Below the pieces are notes generated by a model. The model did no database searches, was not told where the DNA came from, and saw only the letters and a program-made list of their open reading frames with translations. The position numbers and the translations under genes are program-made. A DNA stretch of 63,412 bases, counting the filler, from Chrysochromulina tobinii (Eukaryota), in the NCBI GenBank assembly GCA_001275005.1. It is 9 parts of 9 records of this genome, joined end to end, with 100 filler letters (N's around TTAATTAATTAA, not from the genome) between each part and the next. Parts side by side here need not be neighbours in the genome. Positions count along the whole stretch, not along the records: positions 8,233 to 28,080 come from JWZX01000247.1; positions 28,181 to 32,276 come from JWZX01000249.1; 7 more parts are not named here. One strand, 5' to 3'. Of this stretch, positions 21,776-32,376 are shown piece by piece; position 1 is the stretch's first letter, and every line of letters starts with the position of its first letter.

Positions 21776-23164
21776 TCAGCGGATCCACCATCGCGGAGGC
21801 TGCTCCAGTTCAACCTCATGGCTGGGAGCTGCGGCATTCGCGAAGCGCAGGCGGTAGGCATGCAGCCCTATTGGTTCACAAGGCAGCCGCACCACTGGCG
21901 ACAGCAGCGGCGACGAATCTGAGATACAATCTGTCGAAGAATCTGAGATACAATCTGAGATACAATTTGTCGCAGGCTTCCGAGCATTCTCGGCGGCGGC
22001 AGGCACGTGCGGCGGCGGGTTGGTGAGCCCGTCGAGAGGCGGCGCGCCGTAAAGAACGTCCCCAACGATCGGATACCCTTCGAACGCGAGCTGTGCACGT
22101 AGCTGGTGGGTGCGACCCGTGTGGAGCCGTAGCTGGAGCTCGTACAACCACACGCCGTCCAATACTGCCGTTCGACCGTATCTGCCAGAACGAGCATGGC
22201 CACAGCCGCCGCTGCAAGCGACACCAGCAACGCCGCTGCCAGCGACACGAGCGACGCCGCACATGCCCCTGTCGCTCTCAACTCCATGCTCCAGCACCGC
22301 TGGCAAGGCGCATACCGCACGTGCGTGAAGCAGCTCGCACTCACAGCGCTGCCAGCCCGGCAGCGGCTCGGCTCTCATCTGTTTCGGCTCTCGGCTCTTG
22401 CCGTCCATCCAGTGCACCAGTGCTCGCTGCAGCTGTGGCTGCTTCGGGAGAAGCTGCTGTGGCAGCGGAGGCGATCGCGATGATGACGAGGCGCTGCCCG
22501 TGACGGCGCTGCCCGTGACGATGTCGGCGGCGCGTGGGTGCACGAGCGCGACGTAGTCTTTGACGACCTTGCGCTCGCGCAGCAGCTCGTTGAAATGGGC
22601 TTGCCACGCCCTTGTTTTCGCAAGCACGAGAAGGCCTGAGGTCGGCACATCGAGACGCGATGTGACCAGCAGCTCGATGCCCAACTGCCTTGCCATCCCA
22701 CTGAGCACGTTCTGGTGGAGGTTGTCGATGGTGCCGTGGATGGGTACGCCCGCTGGCTTGTTGCACACGACGTACTCGTCAGTCTCACGCACAACCTCAA
22801 AAGTAGACGGCATGGCCACCTCCTTGGGTTCGAGGTGCACGCGCAGGTAGGCGTCGGGCAGGACGACCTCATCTGCGCGCATTGCGCGGTGGCCATCGAG
22901 GTAGACGGCTCCGAAGTCGACGGCCGCACGGGCTCGAGCCTTGTCGAGTGAGAGCAGGTGCTGGAGTGTCGCATCGAGTTGCCGTGGCTCCCAGGCTGGA
23001 CCCGTGTTGATATGCCGTGTGTCACCCTTTTGGCCGTGATGCTGCAACGTCACGCTGCAGCCGTGTAGCGGTACCAGGAGACGAGCCTCGATCCGGCCGT
23101 CCTCGCGGACCATGAGGTGCGTCCGCACGCCCGGGTCGTCGGCAGTGGCAGCGAAGCAAAGCAT
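21776..23164 (-). CDS. RluA/RluC/RluD-family RNA pseudouridine synthase with an S4-like segment
   Basis: VVCNKPAGVPIH, SRLDVPTSGLLVLAK (catalytic Asp), LHTGRTHQLRAQLA..GYPIVGDVLYG, LHAYRLRF. Confidence 0.92.
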   Translation of the reverse strand: MLCFAATADDPGVRTHLMVREDGRIEARLLVPLHGCSVTLQHHGQKGDTRHINTGPAWEPRQLDATLQHLLSLDKARARAAVDFGAVYLDGHRAMRADEVVLPDAYLRVHLEPKEVAMPSTFEVVRETDEYVVCNKPAGVPIHGTIDNLHQNVLSGMARQLGIELLVTSRLDVPTSGLLVLAKTRAWQAHFNELLRERKVVKDYVALVHPRAADIVTGSAVTGSASSSSRSPPLPQQLLPKQPQLQRALVHWMDGKSREPKQMRAEPLPGWQRCECELLHARAVCALPAVLEHGVESDRGMCGVARVAGSGVAGVACSGGCGHARSGRYGRTAVLDGVWLYELQLRLHTGRTHQLRAQLAFEGYPIVGDVLYGAPPLDGLTNPPPHVPAAAENARKPATNCISDCISDSSTDCISDSSPLLSPVVRLPCEPIGLHAYRLRFANAAAPSHEVELEQPPRWWIR

Positions 23165-23349
23165 CGCGGTTTCGTCAGCGGTCCGCGGGCAGTTTCGTCA
23201 GGGCGCGCTAAATTTGTTCATGGGCCCGCAGATCTCGCGAAAAGGTATTTCACAGCCAGGTGGCGTGAAGCGTCGCCATTTTAGGCCCCTGGGTCGATGG
23301 CCTGGTTCGTGCTGGCGCTCACACCGTCGCGGAAGGAAGGATAAGAAGA

Positions 23350-25137
23350 ATGACCGACGTTGAGTTGACGTCATGGGCGCACCGAGCTCGTGAGCTTGCT
23401 GCACGCCTCCGCGAGCACCTTCACCTTTTGCGGCATCCCCAGGACCTGCTCGCATGCGATGTATGGCAGAGCGTGCCTGGAGACTGGCAGAGCTACCTTG
23501 AGAAACTGAGCTTCGCCGAGCTCGGACGGCTCCACATGGACCGATTGCCAACTCGCTGTGGCGATCCACCACTGTCCTTGGCGCACTTTCTCGCGCTGCA
23601 TGAACACCTTGCACTGCACCGCCAACCAGCCGACGACGATGAAGAGGAGGCCTCTGACTCTGCCTTAATCGGAGTCGTGAGGTCGTCCTCCAAGTCGGCC
23701 AAGCTGCACAAGAAGACGCACGAGGTCGAAAAGCTCTCGGCACTGATTGCGGCCGTGGCGGCAACAAGCCATTGCTCGCGTGCGATCGATATTGGCTGTG
23801 GCAAGGGCAGCCTCTCTGCTCACCTGAGCGTTAGCAGCGGGCTAGATGTTGTGGGTCTGGACGCCCAGGAGGTCTTGACGTCCGCCGCGGCCGCCTTGTC
23901 ATCCCGCCCGCCCTCTGCCGGTGGTGGCCGCGTGCGCATCTGGCAGCGCACCGTTCACTCTGATGAGCACGCGCCGGCGGCCGTTGATGGGATTTGCGAG
24001 GAAGCTTGGCCTGCGGCAGGTAGTGCCGCCGCCAGCTCGGGCGTGGTGCTCTGCGCGTTGCATGCATGTGGCGACCTGAGCCCAACCATCACGCGCTGCT
24101 TTGCACTGGCGCCCAGCGTCGCGGCCCTCGTGCTGGTGCCGTGCTGCTACAATCTGCTGACTGTGGACTCGGATCCGTGCGGCGCGGAGCACTCTCCGAT
24201 GAAGGTGGGGAAGTGCCATCCATGCCATCCGTGCGGCGCGGAGGAGTCTGACCCGCCGTCGACGAGGCCGTCCGCCTCGCCGTCGACGAGGCCGTCTGCC
24301 CCGCCGTCGACGAAGCAGGCACGGGTGCCGTCCGTGGCGAAGGCCGCTGCGGCGACGGCCGGCTTCCCGCTCTCCGAAGTCGTGCGAAGGACAGGCCTCA
24401 TCCTATCGCGCGACGTGCGCTGGATCGCCACACAACGCGAGGCAGCCGCATTGCCGCCTTCGTGGCTGGATGAGGCCTCGAAGGCGGACGGCGCTGCGCC
24501 GCCGGCCGCCTTGCTAGCGCAGCTGTGGAGAGCTCTCTTCGCGGCTCTGATGCGCGACCACTATGCCGATTGCGTGCCTGAGGGCACCCGTGTGTCCACT
24601 GGAGGGCATGCGAGGCATCGCCAGCAGGTGGCAGAGGCGGAAGGCCAAGGCAAGGCAAGGCAAGGCAAGGCGGAAGGCCAAGGCGACGACAAGGTGGCCA
24701 GCACAGCGGGCTTCGAGTTCGTCGCATTCGCCGAAGCGGCCCTCGCCCGAGCTGGGCTGCCAGCGAACCGGCTGGACCGCTCAGAATTGGCACGCTACGC
24801 AGCGGCGAGATGCGCCGATGGGGTTGTGAACGCTGCGCGCCGCGTGGCAGCCATGACAGCGCTGCAGGCGGCGCTGGCGCCACTGGTGGAGTCGTTACTT
24901 CTGACCGACCACGTCCTCTTCCTGCACGAGAGCGGTGTGTGCGAGGACATACGTGCGGTGCCCGTGTTCAGGCCGGCGCGCTCGCCGCGCAACGTCGCCA
25001 TCGTCGCCCGCAAGAGGATGACCGATGGGCCTACCGGTACAGGAGCGGCGCTCCTGCTCCCTACCAGCCAGCCCGAGGACGCTGAGCTCGCGGCCTGCAG
25101 CGAGCAGGTCGCGAGTTTCAGGTTGGCAGAGTCGTGA
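23350..25137 (+). CDS. METTL25/RRNAD1-like SAM-dependent methyltransferase
   Basis: KKTHEVEKL, IDIGCGKGSLS, LHACGDLS, VPCCYNLL, VFRPARSPRNVAIVARK. Confidence 0.85.
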   Translation: MTDVELTSWAHRARELAARLREHLHLLRHPQDLLACDVWQSVPGDWQSYLEKLSFAELGRLHMDRLPTRCGDPPLSLAHFLALHEHLALHRQPADDDEEEASDSALIGVVRSSSKSAKLHKKTHEVEKLSALIAAVAATSHCSRAIDIGCGKGSLSAHLSVSSGLDVVGLDAQEVLTSAAAALSSRPPSAGGGRVRIWQRTVHSDEHAPAAVDGICEEAWPAAGSAAASSGVVLCALHACGDLSPTITRCFALAPSVAALVLVPCCYNLLTVDSDPCGAEHSPMKVGKCHPCHPCGAEESDPPSTRPSASPSTRPSAPPSTKQARVPSVAKAAAATAGFPLSEVVRRTGLILSRDVRWIATQREAAALPPSWLDEASKADGAAPPAALLAQLWRALFAALMRDHYADCVPEGTRVSTGGHARHRQQVAEAEGQGKARQGKAEGQGDDKVASTAGFEFVAFAEAALARAGLPANRLDRSELARYAAARCADGVVNAARRVAAMTALQAALAPLVESLLLTDHVLFLHESGVCEDIRAVPVFRPARSPRNVAIVARKRMTDGPTGTGAALLLPTSQPEDAELAACSEQVASFRLAES

Positions 25138-25509
25138 TTCAGGACGTACTATAGGTTGTCTCGTGCACAAGATATGCTAGGGTCGGACCACCGTCGCTCC
25201 GAGGCTCGTGCGGCTGTGTCCCTTGTCTGGTGAACCGAGGTGCTCTGTTCTGCGCCTCGGCGGGCGTGGCCATTGCCTCATTTGAGGACGGAGTCGACGT
25301 ATTTTCGCTTTTTCGGGGACCCCGGTCCCCGCCCACCTTCCCACCTAAAATGAAAGTTGAAACCGAACCAGAGTGACCGAATACATAGACCTCCTTACGT
25401 TACAAAACTTCTCGTCTAGACCACGCCAGATGAACGGGAGCTACGGGCCGCGCGCCACTCGCGGGACAACTCGCGGGCCCAGTTGCAAGCCGCCGCGCGT
25501 TCAACGTGG

Positions 25510-27765
25510 TCAGCCAAAGACATCAAATCCATCACTGATGTGCTGCTGGCCCAAGGTTTGGTAGAGCGCTGCAGATTCCCGCGGTGCTGTCGGCCCGATC
25601 GCTGTCGATGCTGCGGCCGCACTGGCGGCCGCCCGCCTCACGAGCACCTCATACACCTTGAGCCGACTACGCACAGCCGCTCGCATCGCCACAAGCTGCG
25701 GGCACAGACTCTCGGCATGGCTGTCGGCGGAGCTCCGTGGCTCCGGCGCTTTGTAGAGCTCGGGTTCGTCAATTGAGCTCTGTGGCGTATTCGCAACCCT
25801 CGGCGCTACTAGACTTGTGGATACCGGCACTGCTGCTACAGGCGCCGTATCGAGCGCTGCTTTGGGCGCCTCGTCGTCGCTCGAGGCGAGCCTTGCAAGA
25901 CTGACGGCGACAGCTCGCTCCACCTCGTCGTGCTGCCGCGGCGCTTCCAAGGTCTTGGCGGGCACAGGCGGCAAGCCGGCCGCCGCGCTCGCCATGGCGC
26001 TCGCCAGCATGCGTGCATGCCACGCCGAGGGCGGCACAGCGGACTCCTCCGCCGCAATGACGCGGCTGAGTGGTTCACCTCGGGCGCCAGCGCTCATCAC
26101 AGCGCTCAGCAGTGCCTCGTGCAGAGGGTCGTTGCTCGCCAGGCTGCAGGCTGCCGCGGAGGCCACCGCGCGATCGACCGACCACAACGGCAGAGGCGCC
26201 AGCGCACAAGCTTGCTCAGCGGAGAGCGGCGGCGGTAGCTCGACGGCCGCCGCCGCATTCCGCGTGAACCACATTGCGAGCGCGAGCCGGCAGCCGTGGT
26301 GCACGCGGCCTACAGAGTGAGGATTCTCTGCTCCAGACGAAACACGGCGAGGAGATAAATTGAGATTGTGATGACGAAACACGGCGAGGAGAAGCCATCA
26401 GTGGTCATCAGAGGTCATCAGCGGTCATCAGAGGTCATCAGCGGTCATCAGCGGCACAGACGAAACACGGCGAGGAGAAGCCATCAGCGGTCATCAGAGG
26501 GTCATCAGTGGTCATCAGCAGCAATCAGCAGCAATCAGCGGCAATCAATGGAGCTCCAGGGCCATCAGCGGTCATCAGCGGTCATCAGCGGTCATCAGCG
26601 GTCATCAGCGGTCATCAGCGGAACTCAACGGCCATCCTCGGTCACCTGCTCCGGACGAAAACGTGAGGAGATCGCCTGCGGTCGGCTCGATGACCGTGTC
26701 GCGCTCCGCGTCGTGAAATGCAAAGGAGCCGCCTTCAAAGTGCTCACCCTGGCTCGTCAGGTACAGCACGGCCGACACGTCGTAGTCGGCCGCGTTGTGC
26801 TGGTCCACATGCGGCTCCCAGTAATCCTGGAGCGCGCGCAACGCCCAGGTAGCTGGGGCCACCGCCTCCGCCATCTCCGGGGCGTGGAGGCGCACCAGCA
26901 AGGCGCCGCGATGGTAGAGCGCCGAGGTGGGCACCGGTGTGGGCGCCGGTGTAGCGGCCGTCGGCCCCTGCGTGGGCGCGTCGCGCCTGCTCGAGCTCGT
27001 CGCCGGATGCTCCGAAGCGTCGCGCTTCGTGCCGCGGCGCGTGCCGCAGATCGGGCAAGTCTCGGCGCCCAAGTCGCGCGCAGCCGCGTCGTCCTCGGCG
27101 CACGCGCGCCGCACCCGCTCGAGCAGATGGAACAGTGTGGTGTAGCTTGCCGCGGAGCCTGTAGCAGCAAGCCGCTCGGGCAACCCTTCGACGACCGCGA
27201 GACTCGTCTGACCGCCTCGGCGGAAGGCGGAGACCATAGCGGCCAGCGCTGCAGCCCGGAGCTCGGTGCACTCTGACTCGGATGCGAAGCCGTTACGCAG
27301 ACGGCGAAAGCCGCTGCCACCCGGCGCAGCCTGCACGCCAGCTGATCTGTCGAAGGGTGCAGCGTCGTTCCCATCAACCTCTTCAACATGCGGAAGCAGT
27401 GTCGGTAGCGGTCTTTCACAGCCACTTGATGTTCCCACCGCGCCGCTCAGACCACCGATGGCGTCTTGCAAGCAGAGCAAAATGAGCTGTAGCGCGTGCG
27501 ACTCGCGTGCGCCCTCGTTAGCCACCGTACGCGCTCCTAGGCTTCGGAACCAGAGCGTGTGCGCCGCGCGAAGCCAGTGCTCTTCCATTTCGGACATCTC
27601 ACACGTCATTCCGTGAACAAAAGCGCAGGCCTTTCCGTTTCCCCACAGAGCGGGGGGCCAGCCGCGCTGCCCAGGCGCGCCTGAGAGGCGCCCCTGATGA
27701 GGGATGTAATTGCGCCTGACCAAAGCGCCATATCGGTCATGCATAGTGCCTTTAACAATTGGCAC
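25510..27765 (-). CDS. 2OG-Fe(II) oxygenase (OGFOD3/prolyl-hydroxylase-like); exons to 26646 and 26327-25510
   Basis: YWEPHVD (HxD), SAVLYL, FEGGSF. Splicing out 26645-26328 yields FSSGA|ENPHSVGRVHHGCRLALAMWFT with the distal His and Arg. True start uncertain. Confidence 0.8.
26328..26645 (-). other. Repeat-built intron (318 nt); its 3' end duplicates the end of the upstream exon
   Basis: GTGACC...many CTGATGACC/CTGATTG units...TTTCGTCTGGAGCAG versus exon end TTTCGTCCGGAGCAG. Confidence 0.85.
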
Positions 27766-28180
27766 GCTGACAGACCAAGAACGTGCACCTGAAATTTTGC
27801 ATAACCCTTTATTGGTCGGTTCTGATAACTGAGACCCAGAACAGATCTATTTCCTCGTTCTTGCGGCCGCGGCCCCCACGCCCCGAGCACGAGTCGGAAC
27901 CGTGTACGGTACGTGTCCCGTGTCCCCCGGTGCCTTCTGACCGGCACTGTACAACCTCTGTGAACACAAACCTCGTGTGACAAGACGTTCGCGGGAATCA
28001 AGGAGTCGAGCGTCTCTCGCTCTGGGAATTGGGAGTCGGGAGGGGTGCCTGTTTAATGTCGCCGGGGTAGCTCGCACCTANNNNNNNNNNNNNNNNNNNN
28101 NNNNNNNNNNNNNNNNNNNNNNNNTTAATTAATTAANNNNNNNNNNNNNNNNNNNNNNNNNNNNNNNNNNNNNNNNNNNN

Positions 28181-28266
28181 TACATGCAGGATACATGCAG
28201 GATACATCAGGATACGTATTGTATAGGAACCCCCCCCCAATTTGTATAGGAAACCCCCCGTCACCC
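28181..28266. repeat. GGATACATGCA tandem units plus a duplicated TTGTATAGGAA-C-run; possible transposon subterminal repeat
   Basis: Read directly at the contig start; no partner end is visible. Confidence 0.5.
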
Positions 28267-28556
28267 GGAGCACCTGTCCTCGTGCCGCCCGAGGCGGCTC
28301 GTTTCATGTCTGCGTGGCGCTCTAGTGGCGCTCCGGGATGCAGGCGTGCTGCCGCCGGAACTCGACCCCCACTTATCCGCACTACAAGTAGTTATGCGCC
28401 CTTGCACCGTCTCAAGGGCAAGGGCTCAAGGGATGTGGCAAGGGATGGCTCTGCACCGTCCGTCTCCGACACCGACAGATTCAAACTTTTCCAAACCTCC
28501 TCTGATCGGTCGGTCGTCAACTTTGCGTTTGACTGCGGACGAAATAAAAGTCAGAT

Positions 28557-30627
28557 GTGTGGGGAGTGCCCAACATGGCTGTTGAAACGTTTTACCGGTA
28601 TAAAGATAATGCACACGTGTGTGCTCGTCGCTTTGATCGAAACGGTTCAGCAATGAACGGGGGCGTGTGGCCCGCTCTGCAGCCGATCGGCTGCAGATCG
28701 GCACCCAAGCTCGAAATGCACTTTCCACGACGCCAAGCAGCGCGCAGCATCAAACTGGCCCATGGTGGCACTGTGCTCGCGCGCCACTTCTCAACTAGTG
28801 CACTGCTGGCGAAGCCCGTCAGCCAAAGCCCGTCAGCCAGCCGCAGACTCGATGAAGCGCTCGATGCTGTACGAGTGCAGCATCGCTCGCCTCCAACGCG
28901 CCCTCAGCCATCCGACCAGTGCGGTGCTATCAGCTTGAGTGTCGAGGCCATCGTGACGATGGCGCAGCGGCGGATTCGGCGGATGGAACTGGAGCTCCGT
29001 GGCCTACATCGCGTTGCTTCAGGGATAGAGCCTCCTCAGGCGGCCAGGCGATCGGAGCACCTTCGAGTTCTCGAGGAGCTACTTGGCCTCGAAGAGGAGC
29101 TCAAAAGGTATCAATTACAGCAGTGGCGGGCGGACGAGGAGCTTGCGCAGGTACAAGCGCGTGTCGCTACGATGGAGTCGGAGGCTGCACAGGGTGAGGC
29201 GAAACGTGAAAGCCTCGCAGACACCGTAGCGGGGCTGCAAGCGGCATTGCAGCGTGCGACGGAAAAAATGGTAGCAGACGCTGCCAAAGCAGAGGCGGCC
29301 TCGAAAGCGCAGGCGGCAGCGGCCGCGGCCGTGGCCGCGGCCTTGCAAGCGCAGGTCGACAAGGCGTCCACGGACTTGCAAGCGCAAGCTGATGAGGCGG
29401 CGCGCGTGCGTGCGCAACTTGAAGCCGAGCTGCAAGTGCAGGCCGACAAGGCCTCCGCGGGTTTGCAAGCGCAAGCGGCTGAGGCAGCGCGCGTGCGTGC
29501 ACGTCTCGAAGCCGAGCTGCAAGCGCAAGCGGACGAGGCGGCGCGCGTGCGTGCACAGCTCGAAACCGAGCTCGCCGAGCGAACGGCGTGCGCCTCGCAG
29601 CTCGAACAAGCTTGCAAGCGGATGGTGGCCGAGATGCTCAAGGAGCGCACGGCCGGTGACTCCTTTAAGGACACGCTTGAGGCTACGCTGGCACAAGAGC
29701 GCGCGCGAATGGAAGCGAACGCCGCCGAAGCAGCTGCGGCCTTGCAAGCGCAAGTCGACGAGTCGGCTTACGTGCGTGCACATCTCGAAGCAGAGCTAGC
29801 CGAGCGGACGGCAAACGTCTCGCAGCTCGAGCAGGCATGTACGCGTATGGTGGCCGAGATGCTCAAGGAGCGCGCGGCCAGTGACTCATTTAAGGACGCG
29901 CTTGAGGCCGCCAAGCGGTCCGCGGCCTTGCAAGTGCAAGCGGACGAGGCAGCGCGCGTGCGTGCGCATCTCGAAGCCGAACTGCAAGCGCAAGCGGACG
30001 AGGCGGCGCGCGTGCGTGCACATCTCGGTGCCGAGAAGGAGGCGCTTGAGGCGACGCTGGCACAAGAGCGCGCGCAAATGGAAGCCAACGCTGTCGAAGC
30101 AGCCGCAGCCTTGCAAGCGCAAGCCGAAGAGCAGCGTAAACAAGAGGAGAGGGACGAGGAGAAGCGCGTTCAACACTTGACCGAGATGATCGCTCGCAGC
30201 ATCCTCCGAAGGAATCTGGCTCGCGGCTGGACCGCCTGGCACGGCATGTGGGAGGAGAAGGTGACCACCAAGCGGTCCGCGGCTTTGCAAGCGCAAGTCG
30301 AAGAGGCGGGCGCGCATGCGTGCACATATCGAAGCCGAGCTAGCCGAGCGGACGGCGAACGCCTCTCAGCTCGAGCAGGCATGCACGCATTTGGCGGCCG
30401 AGATGCTCAAGGAGCGCGCGGCATGTGTTGCCGAGAATAAGGCGCTTGAGGCTGCGCTGGCACAAGAACGCGCGCGAATGGAAGCGAACGCCGCCGAAGC
30501 AGCTGCGGCCTTGCAAGCGCAAGTCGACGAGGTAACGAAGCTGCGGGTGTTCCTCAAGGTGATGCTGGTCCTCGGCCTCTCGATCAAGGACGAGAGCGAG
30601 GAGGAGTCGACGAGCATGCGCCTGTAG
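28557..30627 (+). CDS. Repetitive coiled-coil protein with a +1 frameshift near 30310
   Basis: Repeated LQAQADEAARVRAxLEAE and LAERTA..SQLEQAC..M.AEMLKER units. At ~30304-30315 the unit reads GAGGCGGGCGCGC instead of GAGGCGGCGCGC, and the repeats resume in frame 30316-30627. Start uncertain. Confidence 0.6.
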
Positions 30628-30835
30628 ATAGTTAACCTTCTTTTTTACCCATTAACGCAGTACCTGAGATCCGCATCCGGGCGGCGGGCGCCCGTCCGCG
30701 CCGTGGTCGCAGCCGTGTTATATAATCGGACGGGAGGGGACACGTCGACTAGTTCCGTGACGCGAGGAAGTCCGGTCGACCTCCACCTGTACGGTACCTG
30801 ATAGCCATGCGACACGCGCTTTGCGTAGCCGTGAA

Positions 30836-30927
30836 TCTGCGGAGCGGCCGAGCCTCGGAGGCTGGAGGCTGAGCCTGGCTCTCTGCGGAGCGGCCGAGCC
30901 TCGGAGGCTGGAGGCTGAGCCTGGCTC
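30836..30927. repeat. Perfect 46-bp tandem duplication
   Basis: TCTGCGGAGCGGCCGAGCCTCGGAGGCTGGAGGCTGAGCCTGGCTC twice. Confidence 0.9.
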
Positions 30928-30970
30928 GCAGGGCCACTGTCCAGGGGACGAACCCTCGTCCCCTTGATTA

Positions 30971-32276
30971 ATGGAGAATCCGGATAAGATGTCTGTTCCC
31001 GACCTCGCTCCTGACGCGAATTTTGACGCCATGAATGTCGCGACCCCTGGCAAGGACGCCCCGAACCTGGACAAGACCGCACCAAAGCGAGCGCTGTTCT
31101 CATCGCCGTCTGCGGTTGCGCACAACAAGACCAACATCTCAACACCCACAACGACCGACAAACACAACACCCGAGAGAGTAAGAACCTGATGGACAACCG
31201 GCACATGCAGCTCGCCGACAACGAGCAGATGGGCGACGTATGCAAGCAACTGCGCTTCATCTTCATCGAGAAGGCACACGCGAGCGAGGACGCGGTGAAT
31301 GACATGCGAAAGCAGATGACGGAGATGCAGACGAGGCAGAAGGCGGAGTTGGAGATGCTGACGAGGCAAAGGGAGGAGATGCACACGAGGCAGATGGCGG
31401 AGATGAAGATGCTGAAGACGATCATCGAGCAGCAGTGGACGATCATCGAGCAGCAGCAGACGATCCTTCGCAAGCTGCAGCAGACGATCAACAACCTCAT
31501 GCAGGCCGTCAAGCGCATGATGCTGCAGCGGTACAAGGAGGAGCAGGAGCAGGAGAAGGAGCAGGAGCAGGAGAAGGAGCAGGAGGAGCAGGAGCAGCAG
31601 AGGCAACAGGAGGAGGGAGAGGAGCAGCAGGAGGAGCAGCAGGAGGAGCAGCAGCGGCAGCAGGCAGCAGCAACAGCACTAGCAGACAGCAGCACTAGCA
31701 GGCAGCAGCAACAGCAGGCAACAGCGGAGCAGGATCAGCGGGATCAGCAGGAGCACAGAGTGCAGATCGACGGCAAGTGGCTCAGTGCGCGTGCAGACCG
31801 ACGACAAGCGGCTCTACAGCGGCAGGATAGGGAGCGGGAGGAACAGCAGTGGTTTGCCGTCACCGCCAACATCCCCACTACCTTCACCGCCTCTGCCATC
31901 GCCGCCCCCGCCATTGTCACCGCCGTCGTCCCCACAACCGTCTTAACCGCCGTCCCCACCATATCCACCGCCTTCACCGCCTTCGCTGTCACCACTGCCG
32001 TCACTGCCGTTGCCGTCACCGCCGTCACCATCACCGCCATCGCCTGCGCCCCCACCGCCATCTCCACCGCCGTCACCCATGCCATCTCTACCATCTCTAC
32101 TGCCTTCATCGCCTTCGCCATCGCCGCCATCGCCACCGCCATCTTCACCGCCGTCACCTCCTCTATCTCCATCGACTTCACCGCCTTCGCCGCCTCGGCC
32201 ATCGTCTTTGTTCCCTCTATCCCCAGAACCCTAGGGCCACGCAAACTCAGTGCGCGCGCAGACCGACGGCTAGCAG
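30971..32276 (+). CDS. Hypothetical Gln/Glu-rich coiled-coil ORF, truncated by the contig end
   Basis: Long open frame from ATG 30971; coiled-coil, poly-Q/E and a Thr/Ala low-complexity tract; LSARADRR occurs twice. Confidence 0.4.
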
Positions 32277-32376
32277 NNNNNNNNNNNNNNNNNNNNNNNN
32301 NNNNNNNNNNNNNNNNNNNNTTAATTAATTAANNNNNNNNNNNNNNNNNNNNNNNNNNNNNNNNNNNNNNNNNNNN

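Noticed and set aside
26368..27276. Plus-strand ORF with GHQRSS repeats
   Set aside because: Translation of the antisense intron repeats and oxygenase exon.
30718..31695. Cys/Ser-rich and poly-Leu minus-strand ORFs
   Set aside because: Antisense of CAG/GAG repeats.
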